Shown in pieces: positions 18,873 through 26,241 of a stretch of DNA of 33,282 nucleotides (within the stretch, counting starts at the first letter, position 1; each line of letters starts with the position of its first letter). The notes below the pieces were generated by a model, which did no database searches, was not told the DNA's origin, and saw only the letters and a list, made by a program, of their open reading frames with translations. A program made the position numbers and the translations under genes. Source of the DNA: a virus; the IMG/VR virus record IMGVR_UViG_3300045988_114316, positions 1 to 33,282 of that record; one strand, given 5' to 3'.

Positions 18873-19262
18873 ATGGCAACACAAACACAATATTACAACC
18901 TGACCAAACCAGCAGGAAACGAAAACGTGGACATTTCTGTGATAAACAATAATATGGACATCGTAGACGAAAAACTGCACGAGGCCATAGAAGGGCAAGG
19001 AGCTACCTACCTAACGGCTACCCTATTATCTACTGGTTGGACAGGGGAAACAGCACCGTACACCTATAATCTGACATTAGAGGGGATCACAGCAGATAGT
19101 GATGGCCTGATTTCTGTAGCCGATACGGCAACCGACGAACAATATCAATCAGCGGTTACAGCTATGCTGCGGAAAACAGCACAGGCAGAAAGTAGTCTGA
19201 CGATCAAAGCATATGGTGAAAAACCAACAACGGATATTCCTATCGTTGTGAGATTAGGGTAG
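18873..19262 (+). CDS. Tail fibre N-terminal domain protein (XkdV-like; YYNLTKP...N.N.D.VD motif)
   Basis: 129 aa; the conserved N-terminal motif seen in Firmicutes phage tail-fibre proteins. Confidence 0.5.
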   Translation: MATQTQYYNLTKPAGNENVDISVINNNMDIVDEKLHEAIEGQGATYLTATLLSTGWTGETAPYTYNLTLEGITADSDGLISVADTATDEQYQSAVTAMLRKTAQAESSLTIKAYGEKPTTDIPIVVRLG

Positions 19263-19272
19263 GAGGTAGAGT

Positions 19273-19857
19273 ATGGGACAGATTATTAATCAATTTCCCG
19301 GCGGCGGGGAAGATGTGACAGCAGAAGTACAGGTGCAGACTCCGCTGGTAGATCAGATCATGACCGCGCTGATCGGCAAAGTCGGAGATGATGCCAACGC
19401 GACAGCGGAAACGATCTTAGAAGGATATAAAGCGTGGGTACAGGGAGAAAAAGTCGTAGGAACATACAAAGTGAATGAAAGTATTGGAATAATTGAAAAG
19501 TTTTTCGGATGCACTGAATACACAGAAGATACTTTTACACTTAGTTCTAATTCATCTGCGTATGAAACCAAAATAAATCATTCTTTAGGTAAAGTTCCAA
19601 AATTGATATTTTTATATACAGAATGGAACCTTCCGGATTCATATATAAAATATGCTATGATAGATAATACACAAAAATTAGGCACTGTATACGCCTATTT
19701 ATGTGTAGAAAATTCACCATACGCAAATTACGGATTTAATGTAGAAGGTAGTTTTAATAATACAAGAGATAAGCAGCCTACATCTAATTCGTTTTATTTG
19801 GGTTCTACCAACGAATACTTTTCAGGCATAGAATACAAAGTAATTACTATGGCATAA
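19273..19857 (+). CDS. Tail fibre / receptor-binding protein A. Its AT-rich C-terminal module is paralogous to the C-terminus of the 20871-21515 gene.
   Basis: 194 aa; the shared KINHSLGKVPK motif; compositional drop from about 19480 onward. Confidence 0.45.
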   Translation: MGQIINQFPGGGEDVTAEVQVQTPLVDQIMTALIGKVGDDANATAETILEGYKAWVQGEKVVGTYKVNESIGIIEKFFGCTEYTEDTFTLSSNSSAYETKINHSLGKVPKLIFLYTEWNLPDSYIKYAMIDNTQKLGTVYAYLCVENSPYANYGFNVEGSFNNTRDKQPTSNSFYLGSTNEYFSGIEYKVITMA

Positions 19858-19868
19858 GGAGGAACAGA

Positions 19869-20429
19869 ATGAGTAATAAAATACAGCTGCAGGCGAACAA
19901 CATAGACCTGCAGACAATAAAAAACAACGTAGAAGAATTGCCAGAAAGTAACGCTTGGACAGGACAAACTTCTATCGTTCCGGGCACGCAATCAATAACC
20001 ATTCCGGCCTACACGGACAAAGAACTGACGGTTCAAGGAGACGCTGATTTAATCGCGGTCAATATAGCTGCCGGCATACAAATTTTTGGTGTAAATGGAA
20101 GTGCGAATGTAGCGCCGATGAAAGTTACTACTGGATCGTTTGTGCCGACAGAGTCAGGGTTCCTAAAAACCGTGACTGTACAGCATGGTATAGGCGCTAC
20201 ACCCCGTTTCTTTATGGCGTACAGCTTAGAAACCGGTGACGGTTACGACTGCTTATTCTTTAAAGCCTTTGTCGATCCGAAGAACCTGATTTATTCCATA
20301 GACACAGATTATCATGGCGGTTCTCCAGGTTATGAAAGAACAGACAGAGGGCTGGACAGTACGACGGCAGAATTAACCGCTCGAAAGATGTTTATTGGAG
20401 CAACGTATCACTGGATCGCCGTTGCATAA
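19869..20429 (+). CDS. Tail fibre protein B. Its N-terminus (MSNK.QLQANN.DLQ...TIPAYTD.ELTV) is paralogous to that of the 20871-21515 gene.
   Basis: 186 aa; RBS TAAGGAGG. Confidence 0.45.
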   Translation: MSNKIQLQANNIDLQTIKNNVEELPESNAWTGQTSIVPGTQSITIPAYTDKELTVQGDADLIAVNIAAGIQIFGVNGSANVAPMKVTTGSFVPTESGFLKTVTVQHGIGATPRFFMAYSLETGDGYDCLFFKAFVDPKNLIYSIDTDYHGGSPGYERTDRGLDSTTAELTARKMFIGATYHWIAVA

Positions 20430-20449
20430 AAAGGAGGTAGAAGTAGAAA

Positions 20450-20878
20450 ATGATTTATTATTACAAAGTCGAAGAAGAAGGAAAACTGAAAATGATTGGG
20501 ACGCAGTCATTCCCAGCAGTAGAAGGGCAGACGTCCGTCACGGAAGAAGAGTACAATCAGCTGATGAACGAGATCAAAGCACATGCTGAAACAGTACGCG
20601 GCTACGCAGATCAGCTGGTATCTGGAAGCATTGAGTATTCTGCAATTCCGGAAGATTACCGGGAGGAAGCGGGAATTTCCGCAGCACCGCAGTTTGCAGA
20701 CAAAATCATCGCCGGAGACATTACCATCGATGATATACCGTCTGAAATCAAAGACCGTGTGCAGGAAATCGTCGACAGCAGACCTAAAAACCCGTATGGA
20801 ATCAGCGATGAGTTATGCGAAACGATCAAGCAGGATACTGTAGACGAGATTGTAAGCGAGGTAAGTGAAAATGAGTAA
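20450..20878 (+). CDS. Hypothetical acidic protein within the tail-fibre cassette (possible fibre assembly factor)
   Basis: 142 aa; RBS AAAAAGGAGG. Confidence 0.35.
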   Translation: MIYYYKVEEEGKLKMIGTQSFPAVEGQTSVTEEEYNQLMNEIKAHAETVRGYADQLVSGSIEYSAIPEDYREEAGISAAPQFADKIIAGDITIDDIPSEIKDRVQEIVDSRPKNPYGISDELCETIKQDTVDEIVSEVSENE

Positions 20879-21515
20879 TAAAACGGATCTGCAGGCGAAT
20901 AACGCAGACCTGCAGCAAATTTTGCAAGCAGTTCAAGCTCTTCCTGCGGCAAATTCGTGGGGGGGGGGGTCAACCATAATTGAACCGGGAAGCGAAGCGG
21001 TCACGATCCCGGCTTACACCGATACGGAGCTGACCGTGAATCCAGTGCAGACGGAAGAAAAAACCGTTACACCATCAGGCAGTCAGCAGATTGTCACACC
21101 GGCAGCCGGCAAGTATCTGAGTAAAGTGACCGTCGGAGCTATTCCGGATTCGTACATGGACTTCATCTCGTTTGTCGGATACTCGCAAGTTGAAAAAGTG
21201 ACCTTTACACCATCAGCAAACACGACATTAAACAGAAAAACAATAAATCACTCGCTGGGTGTGAGGCCGAAAATGGTGATGATACTATCTGATATGATGG
21301 AAATAAGATCGCAGCAAAATCTATATTTTTCAGTAGCCGTAAGTCGGGACGGATCCTCTACGCTGACCGCGCTACAATTCATATCGTATGCTACTGACGT
21401 AGACACAAGGGACTATCCGATGAACGTAACGGCTTCGACTGCAGAGTTTATAAGCGATGCAGCCGGACTCTACTACACCGGAGGACAGGAGTATACCGTT
21501 TTATTATTTGCGTAA
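20871..21515 (+). CDS. Tail fibre protein D. A chimeric paralogue (N-terminus like gene B, C-terminus like gene A) carrying an in-frame G11 tract.
   Basis: ATG 20871 with RBS GAGGTAAG (the track ORF starts at GTG 20865); WGGGS is encoded by tggggggggggg. Confidence 0.45.
   Translation: MSNKTDLQANNADLQQILQAVQALPAANSWGGGSTIIEPGSEAVTIPAYTDTELTVNPVQTEEKTVTPSGSQQIVTPAAGKYLSKVTVGAIPDSYMDFISFVGYSQVEKVTFTPSANTTLNRKTINHSLGVRPKMVMILSDMMEIRSQQNLYFSVAVSRDGSSTLTALQFISYATDVDTRDYPMNVTASTAEFISDAAGLYYTGGQEYTVLLFA
20959..20969 (+). repeat. Homopolymeric G11 tract inside the tail-fibre gene D coding sequence
   Basis: Read directly (aaattcgtggggggggggtcaacc). Confidence 0.9.
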
Positions 21516-21533
21516 TCAGAAAGGAAGGACATC

Positions 21534-21989
21534 ATGAGCATGAACAAAGAAGAACTGGTAAGTTATCTGAAAGATGTAAGATTCACCGCATCAGATCAGA
21601 CAGCAGTAAAGGGTATCGAGCTATACCCGGAATGGGCGGTCGGTATCGAGATCACACAGAAAATGATCGACGACGGGCAGAACCGGTATCGCTGTGACGG
21701 AATTTTGTGGCGAACAGGAACACCACACACGACACAAGAGAACTGGAGGCCGTCGATTTACACCGCATCGATCTGGACGGCGATCAACGCAGAACACGCC
21801 GGAACCATCGAGGATCCGATTCCGGTTCCGGAACAGCTGACATCGTTTGAATACGAATGGGGCAAATACTACAGTGAATCTGGCACGCTGTACATATGTG
21901 ACCGGCAGGGCGGAAAAGACGGCGACACCTACACACTGGCTTACAAGCCGAGCGCGTTGGTCGGTCACTATTTCAGCGTAGTCGAATAG
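21534..21989 (+). CDS. Hypothetical protein with CBM5/12 (ChtBD3)-like Trp/Tyr-rich carbohydrate-binding repeats
   Basis: RYRCDGILWRTGTPHTTQENWRPSIYTASIW resembles Y.C...HTS..W.PS...LW. Confidence 0.35.
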   Translation: MSMNKEELVSYLKDVRFTASDQTAVKGIELYPEWAVGIEITQKMIDDGQNRYRCDGILWRTGTPHTTQENWRPSIYTASIWTAINAEHAGTIEDPIPVPEQLTSFEYEWGKYYSESGTLYICDRQGGKDGDTYTLAYKPSALVGHYFSVVE

Positions 21990-21997
21990 GGGGAACA

Positions 21998-22360
21998 ATG
22001 GAACAGATTTTCAACCTGATTTTGGACAATCTGATCGGGATAGCCTGTGCAGGACTTGCGGCCTACGCAGTGAAAACGCTATCACGCATTTTGAAAAACA
22101 TGCAGGGCGTGATGACAGCGGAAAAAGTGAACTGCAGGGAGAAGATTCGCCGGTTTGGCGAGTTTTACGTTACCACCAACCAGATCACCGTAGAAGAATA
22201 CGACGATCTGAAAGAAATCTATGATGCCTATCACGCGCTGGGAGGAAACGGGGCAATGACCGAACTGGTAGAACGCTGCAAGGATCTTCCTGTGGTACCG
22301 GTCAGAACGATCAGAAACCCGTACTACACGAATGAAAACGGGATAGAACCAGGGAAATAA
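21998..22360 (+). CDS. Hypothetical membrane-anchored protein (N-terminal TM; lysis-associated position)
   Basis: 120 aa; hydrophobic NLIGIACAGLAAYAV. Confidence 0.4.
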   Translation: MEQIFNLILDNLIGIACAGLAAYAVKTLSRILKNMQGVMTAEKVNCREKIRRFGEFYVTTNQITVEEYDDLKEIYDAYHALGGNGAMTELVERCKDLPVVPVRTIRNPYYTNENGIEPGK

Positions 22361-22426
22361 ATATGATATAATGGACAGGTCAAGAGAACATGGAAGCGGT
22401 TAGCCCCCTTGAAAGGGGGTGATGCA

Positions 22427-22498
22427 ATGAGTGATTATGAAGTGTTAATGATCGTATTAACAATACTGATTCTGATTGTATCCGTAAAAAATAAGTAA
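22427..22498 (+). CDS. Hol-Tox-like small hydrophobic peptide (23 aa, MSDYEVLMIVLTILILIVSVKNK)
   Basis: Y-E-x-L then a hydrophobic stretch then a KNK terminus, as in putative holin-like toxin peptides; RBS AGGGGGTG 5 nt upstream, embedded in a hairpin. Confidence 0.45.
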   Translation: MSDYEVLMIVLTILILIVSVKNK

Positions 22499-22620
22499 CC
22501 GCCCTCCTGTGCTAAAGTTGGCGGTTACATACAGCTAAAGTTGGCGACCGTTTTCAACGGTTTCCTCTTGACATTATATTAGCACACGAATAGAAAAAAA
22601 TCAATAAACAGATCAATTCA

Positions 22621-22645
22621 CCCTGCCACATCGGTAGGGTTTTTA
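22621..22645 (+). terminator. Intrinsic-terminator-like hairpin (CCCTGCC-acatc-GGTAGGG + T5) 20 nt upstream of the holin start
   Basis: Read directly; preceded by a TTGACA box at 22568-22573. Confidence 0.35.
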
Positions 22646-22664
22646 CGTGGAAAGGAGAAAAACA

Positions 22665-22925
22665 ATGAAAGTAAACTGGAAGGTAAGACTAAAAAATAAG
22701 ACGTGGCTGCTGGCGTTTTTGGGAACAATTATCACATTTATCTACCAGATTTTAGGCATGATCGGTATTGTTCCACCGATTTCTGAGGACAATGTAACGC
22801 AGATCATCGGCATTCTGGTTAATCTGTTGGTAGCAATAGGCGTTGTGCAGGATCCGACTACCGCCGGTGTAGCCGACAGCCAGCAGGCTTTAGAATACAG
22901 CGAACCACGAAAGGAAAACGAGTAA
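22665..22925 (+). CDS. Holin, phage phi LC3 family (Phage_holin_1)
   Basis: MKVNWKVRLKN...two TM segments...VQDPTTAGVADSQQAL matches the phiLC3 holin family; RBS AAAGGAG. Confidence 0.8.
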   Translation: MKVNWKVRLKNKTWLLAFLGTIITFIYQILGMIGIVPPISEDNVTQIIGILVNLLVAIGVVQDPTTAGVADSQQALEYSEPRKENE

Positions 22926-23914
22926 TGGCTACAGCAAAAATGACAGGAATTGATGTATCCTACTGGCAGGGAAAACCAGGTCTATCTGCATTTAAAACGT
23001 TCAAAAACGCTGGTTGGGATTTTATCGTCGCCCGTATTGGCTATGCGTCCGGTGGGCAGCGCTATCCGGACAGCACGTTTGAAACAAACTATAAAAACAG
23101 TAACAGCGCCGGTCTGCGGATCGGCGTCTACTTTTACAGCAATGCCCGCAGCGCGGCAGAGGGAAAAGCCGAAGCGAACTATGTTATCAGCCTGCTGCAG
23201 GGAAAAGCGCTGAATCTGCCGGTATTCATTGATGTGGAGGACAATGCGACATCGGGAACGGCAAGCAAAACAAATCTGGCCGCAGCCTGCAAAGCGTTTT
23301 GCGAAACCATCGAAGATGCCGGATATATGGCCGGAGTATATGCGTCCACATCATGGTTTCAATCCAAAATCGGCAGTTTGGGTAATCTAAGTAAGTGGGT
23401 AGCACAATATAACGATCGTGTGACCTACAGCGGAGATTATGATATGTGGCAGTATTCCAGTACGACAACGGTGAAAGGATTTTCCGGACGGCGGGACGTG
23501 AATAAATGCTACGTTGGTTACGACGACAATTTTCTGATCCGGCCAAAGATGAATCTGCTGATCCGCAAAGGCTACGGTCTGAAATCAAAAAAACTCGGAA
23601 CACTGGATAAAAACGGAATTTACCGGGTTACCAAAACAGCCAGCAATGGAACACGGGGATATATCCCCGGGAAAGGCTGGGTAACGGTGACGGCAAAATA
23701 TGCAAAAGAAGTTGACTTTACGGATAATGTCCGGGTAAAGACCAAAGGAAAACTGATTTACCGGGAATCGCCACTGCTATCGTCAAAAAACAAGGGAAAG
23801 TTAAAAGCGAACACAGTATATATTGTATCCCGCATCAGCCAAGACGGAACACGAGGATACGTTCATGGATATGGTTGGATTACAATCGCAAATAAGTATG
23901 TAGCATTTGTTTAG
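22925..23914 (+). CDS. Endolysin: GH25 muramidase plus two SH3b-like cell-wall-binding repeats
   Basis: GIDVSYWQG...FIVARIGY...GLRIGVYFYS is a GH25 signature. There are two C-terminal ~65-aa repeats (GTRGYIPGKGWVTV and GTRGYVHGYGWITI). Confidence 0.9.
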   Translation: MATAKMTGIDVSYWQGKPGLSAFKTFKNAGWDFIVARIGYASGGQRYPDSTFETNYKNSNSAGLRIGVYFYSNARSAAEGKAEANYVISLLQGKALNLPVFIDVEDNATSGTASKTNLAAACKAFCETIEDAGYMAGVYASTSWFQSKIGSLGNLSKWVAQYNDRVTYSGDYDMWQYSSTTTVKGFSGRRDVNKCYVGYDDNFLIRPKMNLLIRKGYGLKSKKLGTLDKNGIYRVTKTASNGTRGYIPGKGWVTVTAKYAKEVDFTDNVRVKTKGKLIYRESPLLSSKNKGKLKANTVYIVSRISQDGTRGYVHGYGWITIANKYVAFV

Positions 23915-23940
23915 GGGCCTTGTGCCCCTTATTTTTATTG
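23913..23940 (+). terminator. Rho-independent terminator GGGGC-cttgt-GCCCC + TTATTTTTATT
   Basis: Read directly after the endolysin stop. Confidence 0.7.
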
Positions 23941-24012
23941 AAATTGGCACAAAAATTGCTATTATAAAATAAAAATAGATACCATAGGGGTAAATATTTG
24001 TCAAGTAAATGA

Positions 24013-24043
24013 TTGAAAAAATCCTATAAAAAAAGTATAATGG
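24013..24043 (+). promoter_or_regulatory. Sigma-A-like promoter TTGAAA-17-TATAAT
   Basis: Read directly; followed by RBS AAGGAGG and ATG 24073. Confidence 0.5.
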
Positions 24044-24072
24044 GGTAAAAGAAATAAGAAGGAGGTGACAAT

Positions 24073-24507
24073 ATGGGTAAATATAGAGCTATGGATATTG
24101 CAAAATACGTGATTTCAAAATGCACAGAGGATAAAAAACCAATAACAAATTTACAGCTGCAAAAAATTCTGTTCTTTATTCAACGGGATTATTTGAAGGA
24201 AAATTCTTGTCCGCTTTTTTCAGATGATGTAGAAGCGTGGCAATTTGGCCCAGTAGTCGCCGATGTCTATTATGCCTTTTGCGGTATGGGATCGATGAAA
24301 ATTCTTGGTGAATATACTCCATCAACGAGCATTGAAAAAAATGATAGATGTTTTATAGATAAAATCGTCGAAGCAAAAAGAGAAAAATATCCGTGGGATC
24401 TCGTAAGAGAAAGTCATAAAAAAGACGGAGCTTGGGACACCATTTTTCAAAATGGAGAAGGAAATCATTGCATCATACCGATCAAACTAATAGCAGAAAG
24501 AGGATAA
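24073..24507 (+). CDS. Panacea-domain (DUF4065, SocA/PanA-like) protein
   Basis: ITNLQLQKILFFIQRDYLKENSCPLFSDDVEAWQFGPVVADVYYAF matches the DUF4065 core (...KLLY..q...l...g.plf.d.ieAw.yGPVv..vY). Confidence 0.65.
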   Translation: MGKYRAMDIAKYVISKCTEDKKPITNLQLQKILFFIQRDYLKENSCPLFSDDVEAWQFGPVVADVYYAFCGMGSMKILGEYTPSTSIEKNDRCFIDKIVEAKREKYPWDLVRESHKKDGAWDTIFQNGEGNHCIIPIKLIAERG

Positions 24508-24508
24508 C

Positions 24509-25309
24509 GTGTTTGAAAGCAGTGTAGTTAATGAAGATGAAAAAAGGCAGGCGCTAATTGAGCTTTTAAAGGAACTATCAATTCGTCAGGATATTCTTGA
24601 AAGTGGGGAAGAAAAGGAATATTTTCTTGCTAAGTTTCAAGAAGTATATAGCTATCCGAGTAGTGATGAACTGTATCGGCATTACTACTCGGATATTTTT
24701 GCCGTTATTTCGCAAATCGATCAAAAATTAATTGATGGAGATAAAGAGACTCTGTCACAAAATATGGAGTTGTTTAAAACATACTGTGAATTGCAATTTC
24801 AGGAGCAGAAAATATCCGATAACTTTTTAAAGGCTATTCGTAAATTATATGACCATGTAAATTTAGATGTTGCGAGATTAAACTACTTTTCCAAAATCAT
24901 GGAAACGTCAGAACAGAATTTAAAAGATATTGCTCCTAAGATAGATTCTTTACGTACTGAGCAAAAAGAAATACAGGCAAATATAGATGATGCTAAAAAG
25001 ATTGGAAGAGACTATATCACTATTTTAGGAATTTTTGCATCGATTGTATTGGCATTTACAGGAGGAATTGCTTTTTCTACTTCTGTATTAGAAAATATTA
25101 ATGCAGTTAGTCCAGTAAGACTTGCAGCAGTAATTATTGGACTGGCATTTGTTTTAATTAATGTCGTATATATACTAACTCGTTTTATCCAGGAAATAAA
25201 TAAAAGGAAAGAAGAAAAAATTAAAACACCGCTCTTTATTGTTGCTATTGATATAGTTTTGATCATAGCATCATTAATCATTTTTATTTACTATCTATAT
25301 ACAATTTAA
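24509..25309 (+). CDS. Membrane protein with an N-terminal helical cytoplasmic domain (~175 aa) and three C-terminal TM helices; candidate toxin/effector partner of the Panacea protein
   Basis: GTG start 1 nt after the upstream stop with RBS GAAAGAGGA; TM segments ITILGIFASIVLAFTGGIAF, LAAVIIGLAFVLINVVYIL and LFIVAIDIVLIIASLIIFIYYLY. Confidence 0.6.
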   Translation: MFESSVVNEDEKRQALIELLKELSIRQDILESGEEKEYFLAKFQEVYSYPSSDELYRHYYSDIFAVISQIDQKLIDGDKETLSQNMELFKTYCELQFQEQKISDNFLKAIRKLYDHVNLDVARLNYFSKIMETSEQNLKDIAPKIDSLRTEQKEIQANIDDAKKIGRDYITILGIFASIVLAFTGGIAFSTSVLENINAVSPVRLAAVIIGLAFVLINVVYILTRFIQEINKRKEEKIKTPLFIVAIDIVLIIASLIIFIYYLYTI

Positions 25310-25318
25310 GTTTATATA

Positions 25319-25348
25319 GGGGGCCTCGTGCCCCTCTTTTTTTTATTA
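25319..25348 (+). terminator. Rho-independent terminator GGGGC-ctcgt-GCCCC + T9
   Basis: Read directly; near-identical to the 23913 terminator. Confidence 0.7.
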
Positions 25349-25377
25349 GAAAATGTTGAAAAAATAGTAAATACTGC

Positions 25378-25406
25378 TTGACGTATCACTCAATGAGTGA
25401 TATAAT
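25378..25406 (+). promoter_or_regulatory. Promoter TTGACG-17-TATAAT whose spacer is a 17-bp perfect palindrome ATCACTCA-A-TGAGTGAT (operator-like)
   Basis: Read directly. Confidence 0.6.
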
Positions 25407-25435
25407 ATAATTAAAGAAAGGAGGAAAACACATGA

Positions 25436-25552
25436 ATGGGTAAACACGATAAAAGAAAAGAGCCGATAGACTTAAGAGACGTAGCAGTCCAGTCAATATC
25501 CGCTCTTGTGGTTGGAACCATATTACTACTTATCGACAAGTACATAATATGA
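25436..25552 (+). CDS. Small membrane peptide (38 aa, MGKHDKRKEPIDLRDVAVQSISALVVGTILLLIDKYII)
   Basis: RBS AAAGGAGG at 25417-25424; C-terminal TM segment; followed by a GGGGC-ttcg-GCCCC hairpin. Confidence 0.4.
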   Translation: MGKHDKRKEPIDLRDVAVQSISALVVGTILLLIDKYII

Positions 25553-25708
25553 ACAGGGGCTTCGGCCCCGTTCCACCTATACTATACCCGATAGAAAATC
25601 ATGTGTCAACGATTATGCATGGAATACTATATTATATGGGCATTGCTTTTATATCAATAGGCATTGTGCAAGGAATTAGGGCGATTTATCTATATCGGAG
25701 GAAGAGAA

Positions 25709-26080
25709 ATGGAAAACAGGATTAAAGAAGCACGTAAATCAGCAGGTATTACACAAGAAGAAATGTCGAAACTTTTTAGGATTCCGAAAAGGACAATAGG
25801 AAACTGGGAAACTGGGGAACGGAAACCAGCGAAATATGTTGAAGATCTGATTGTTGAAAAAATAGAAAATATGAAAAGCGAGGAAAAAAACATGACGATA
25901 ATGAAAGATGATTTGATCTTAAGAAAAGAAGGAAAGTACTGGACACTATATCTTGGCGACTACTCCCTCAGCTGTGGGGACTTAGAAGATATGACGGAGA
26001 GCATAGAGGAAGTAGGGAAGAGGTTAGAAAACGGGGAAGCTGCTGAAGATATCATAAAAGAATTTAACAATTTCAGATAA
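25709..26080 (+). CDS. XRE-family HTH transcriptional regulator with a C-terminal domain of unknown function
   Basis: IKEARKSAGITQEEMSKLFRIPKRTIGNWETGERKP is a Cro/C1-type HTH; RBS GGAGGAAG; internal ATG of the track ORF. Confidence 0.7.
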   Translation: MENRIKEARKSAGITQEEMSKLFRIPKRTIGNWETGERKPAKYVEDLIVEKIENMKSEEKNMTIMKDDLILRKEGKYWTLYLGDYSLSCGDLEDMTESIEEVGKRLENGEAAEDIIKEFNNFR

Positions 26081-26085
26081 AACAG

Positions 26086-26125
26086 CTGTACAAAAGGTCG
26101 CTTACGTTGGCGATCTTTTTTCATT
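26086..26125 (+). terminator. Terminator-like hairpin GGTCGC-ttacgttg-GCGATC + T6
   Basis: Read directly after the XRE gene. Confidence 0.5.
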
Positions 26126-26138
26126 ATAATTGCACATT

Positions 26139-26241
26139 TTGACATATTTCGACAACTGAATAATATATAATGAAAATACCCCGTATATAGGGACAATAGT
26201 TCTTCGAAAATGAACCGGTAATAATATCGGTTCATTTTTAC
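26139..26241 (+). ncRNA. Candidate small RNA: promoter (TTGACA-16-TAATAT) plus a ~65-nt transcript ending in a terminator hairpin AATGAACCG..CGGTTCATT + T5; no plausible ORF
   Basis: Read directly; the only ORF is 3 codons long. Confidence 0.25.

Noticed and set aside
18873-21989. Diversity-generating retroelement targeting the tail fibre
   Set aside because: The paralogous fibre modules are diverged at the protein level, with no near-identical TR/VR pair. No reverse transcriptase gene is present anywhere in the window.
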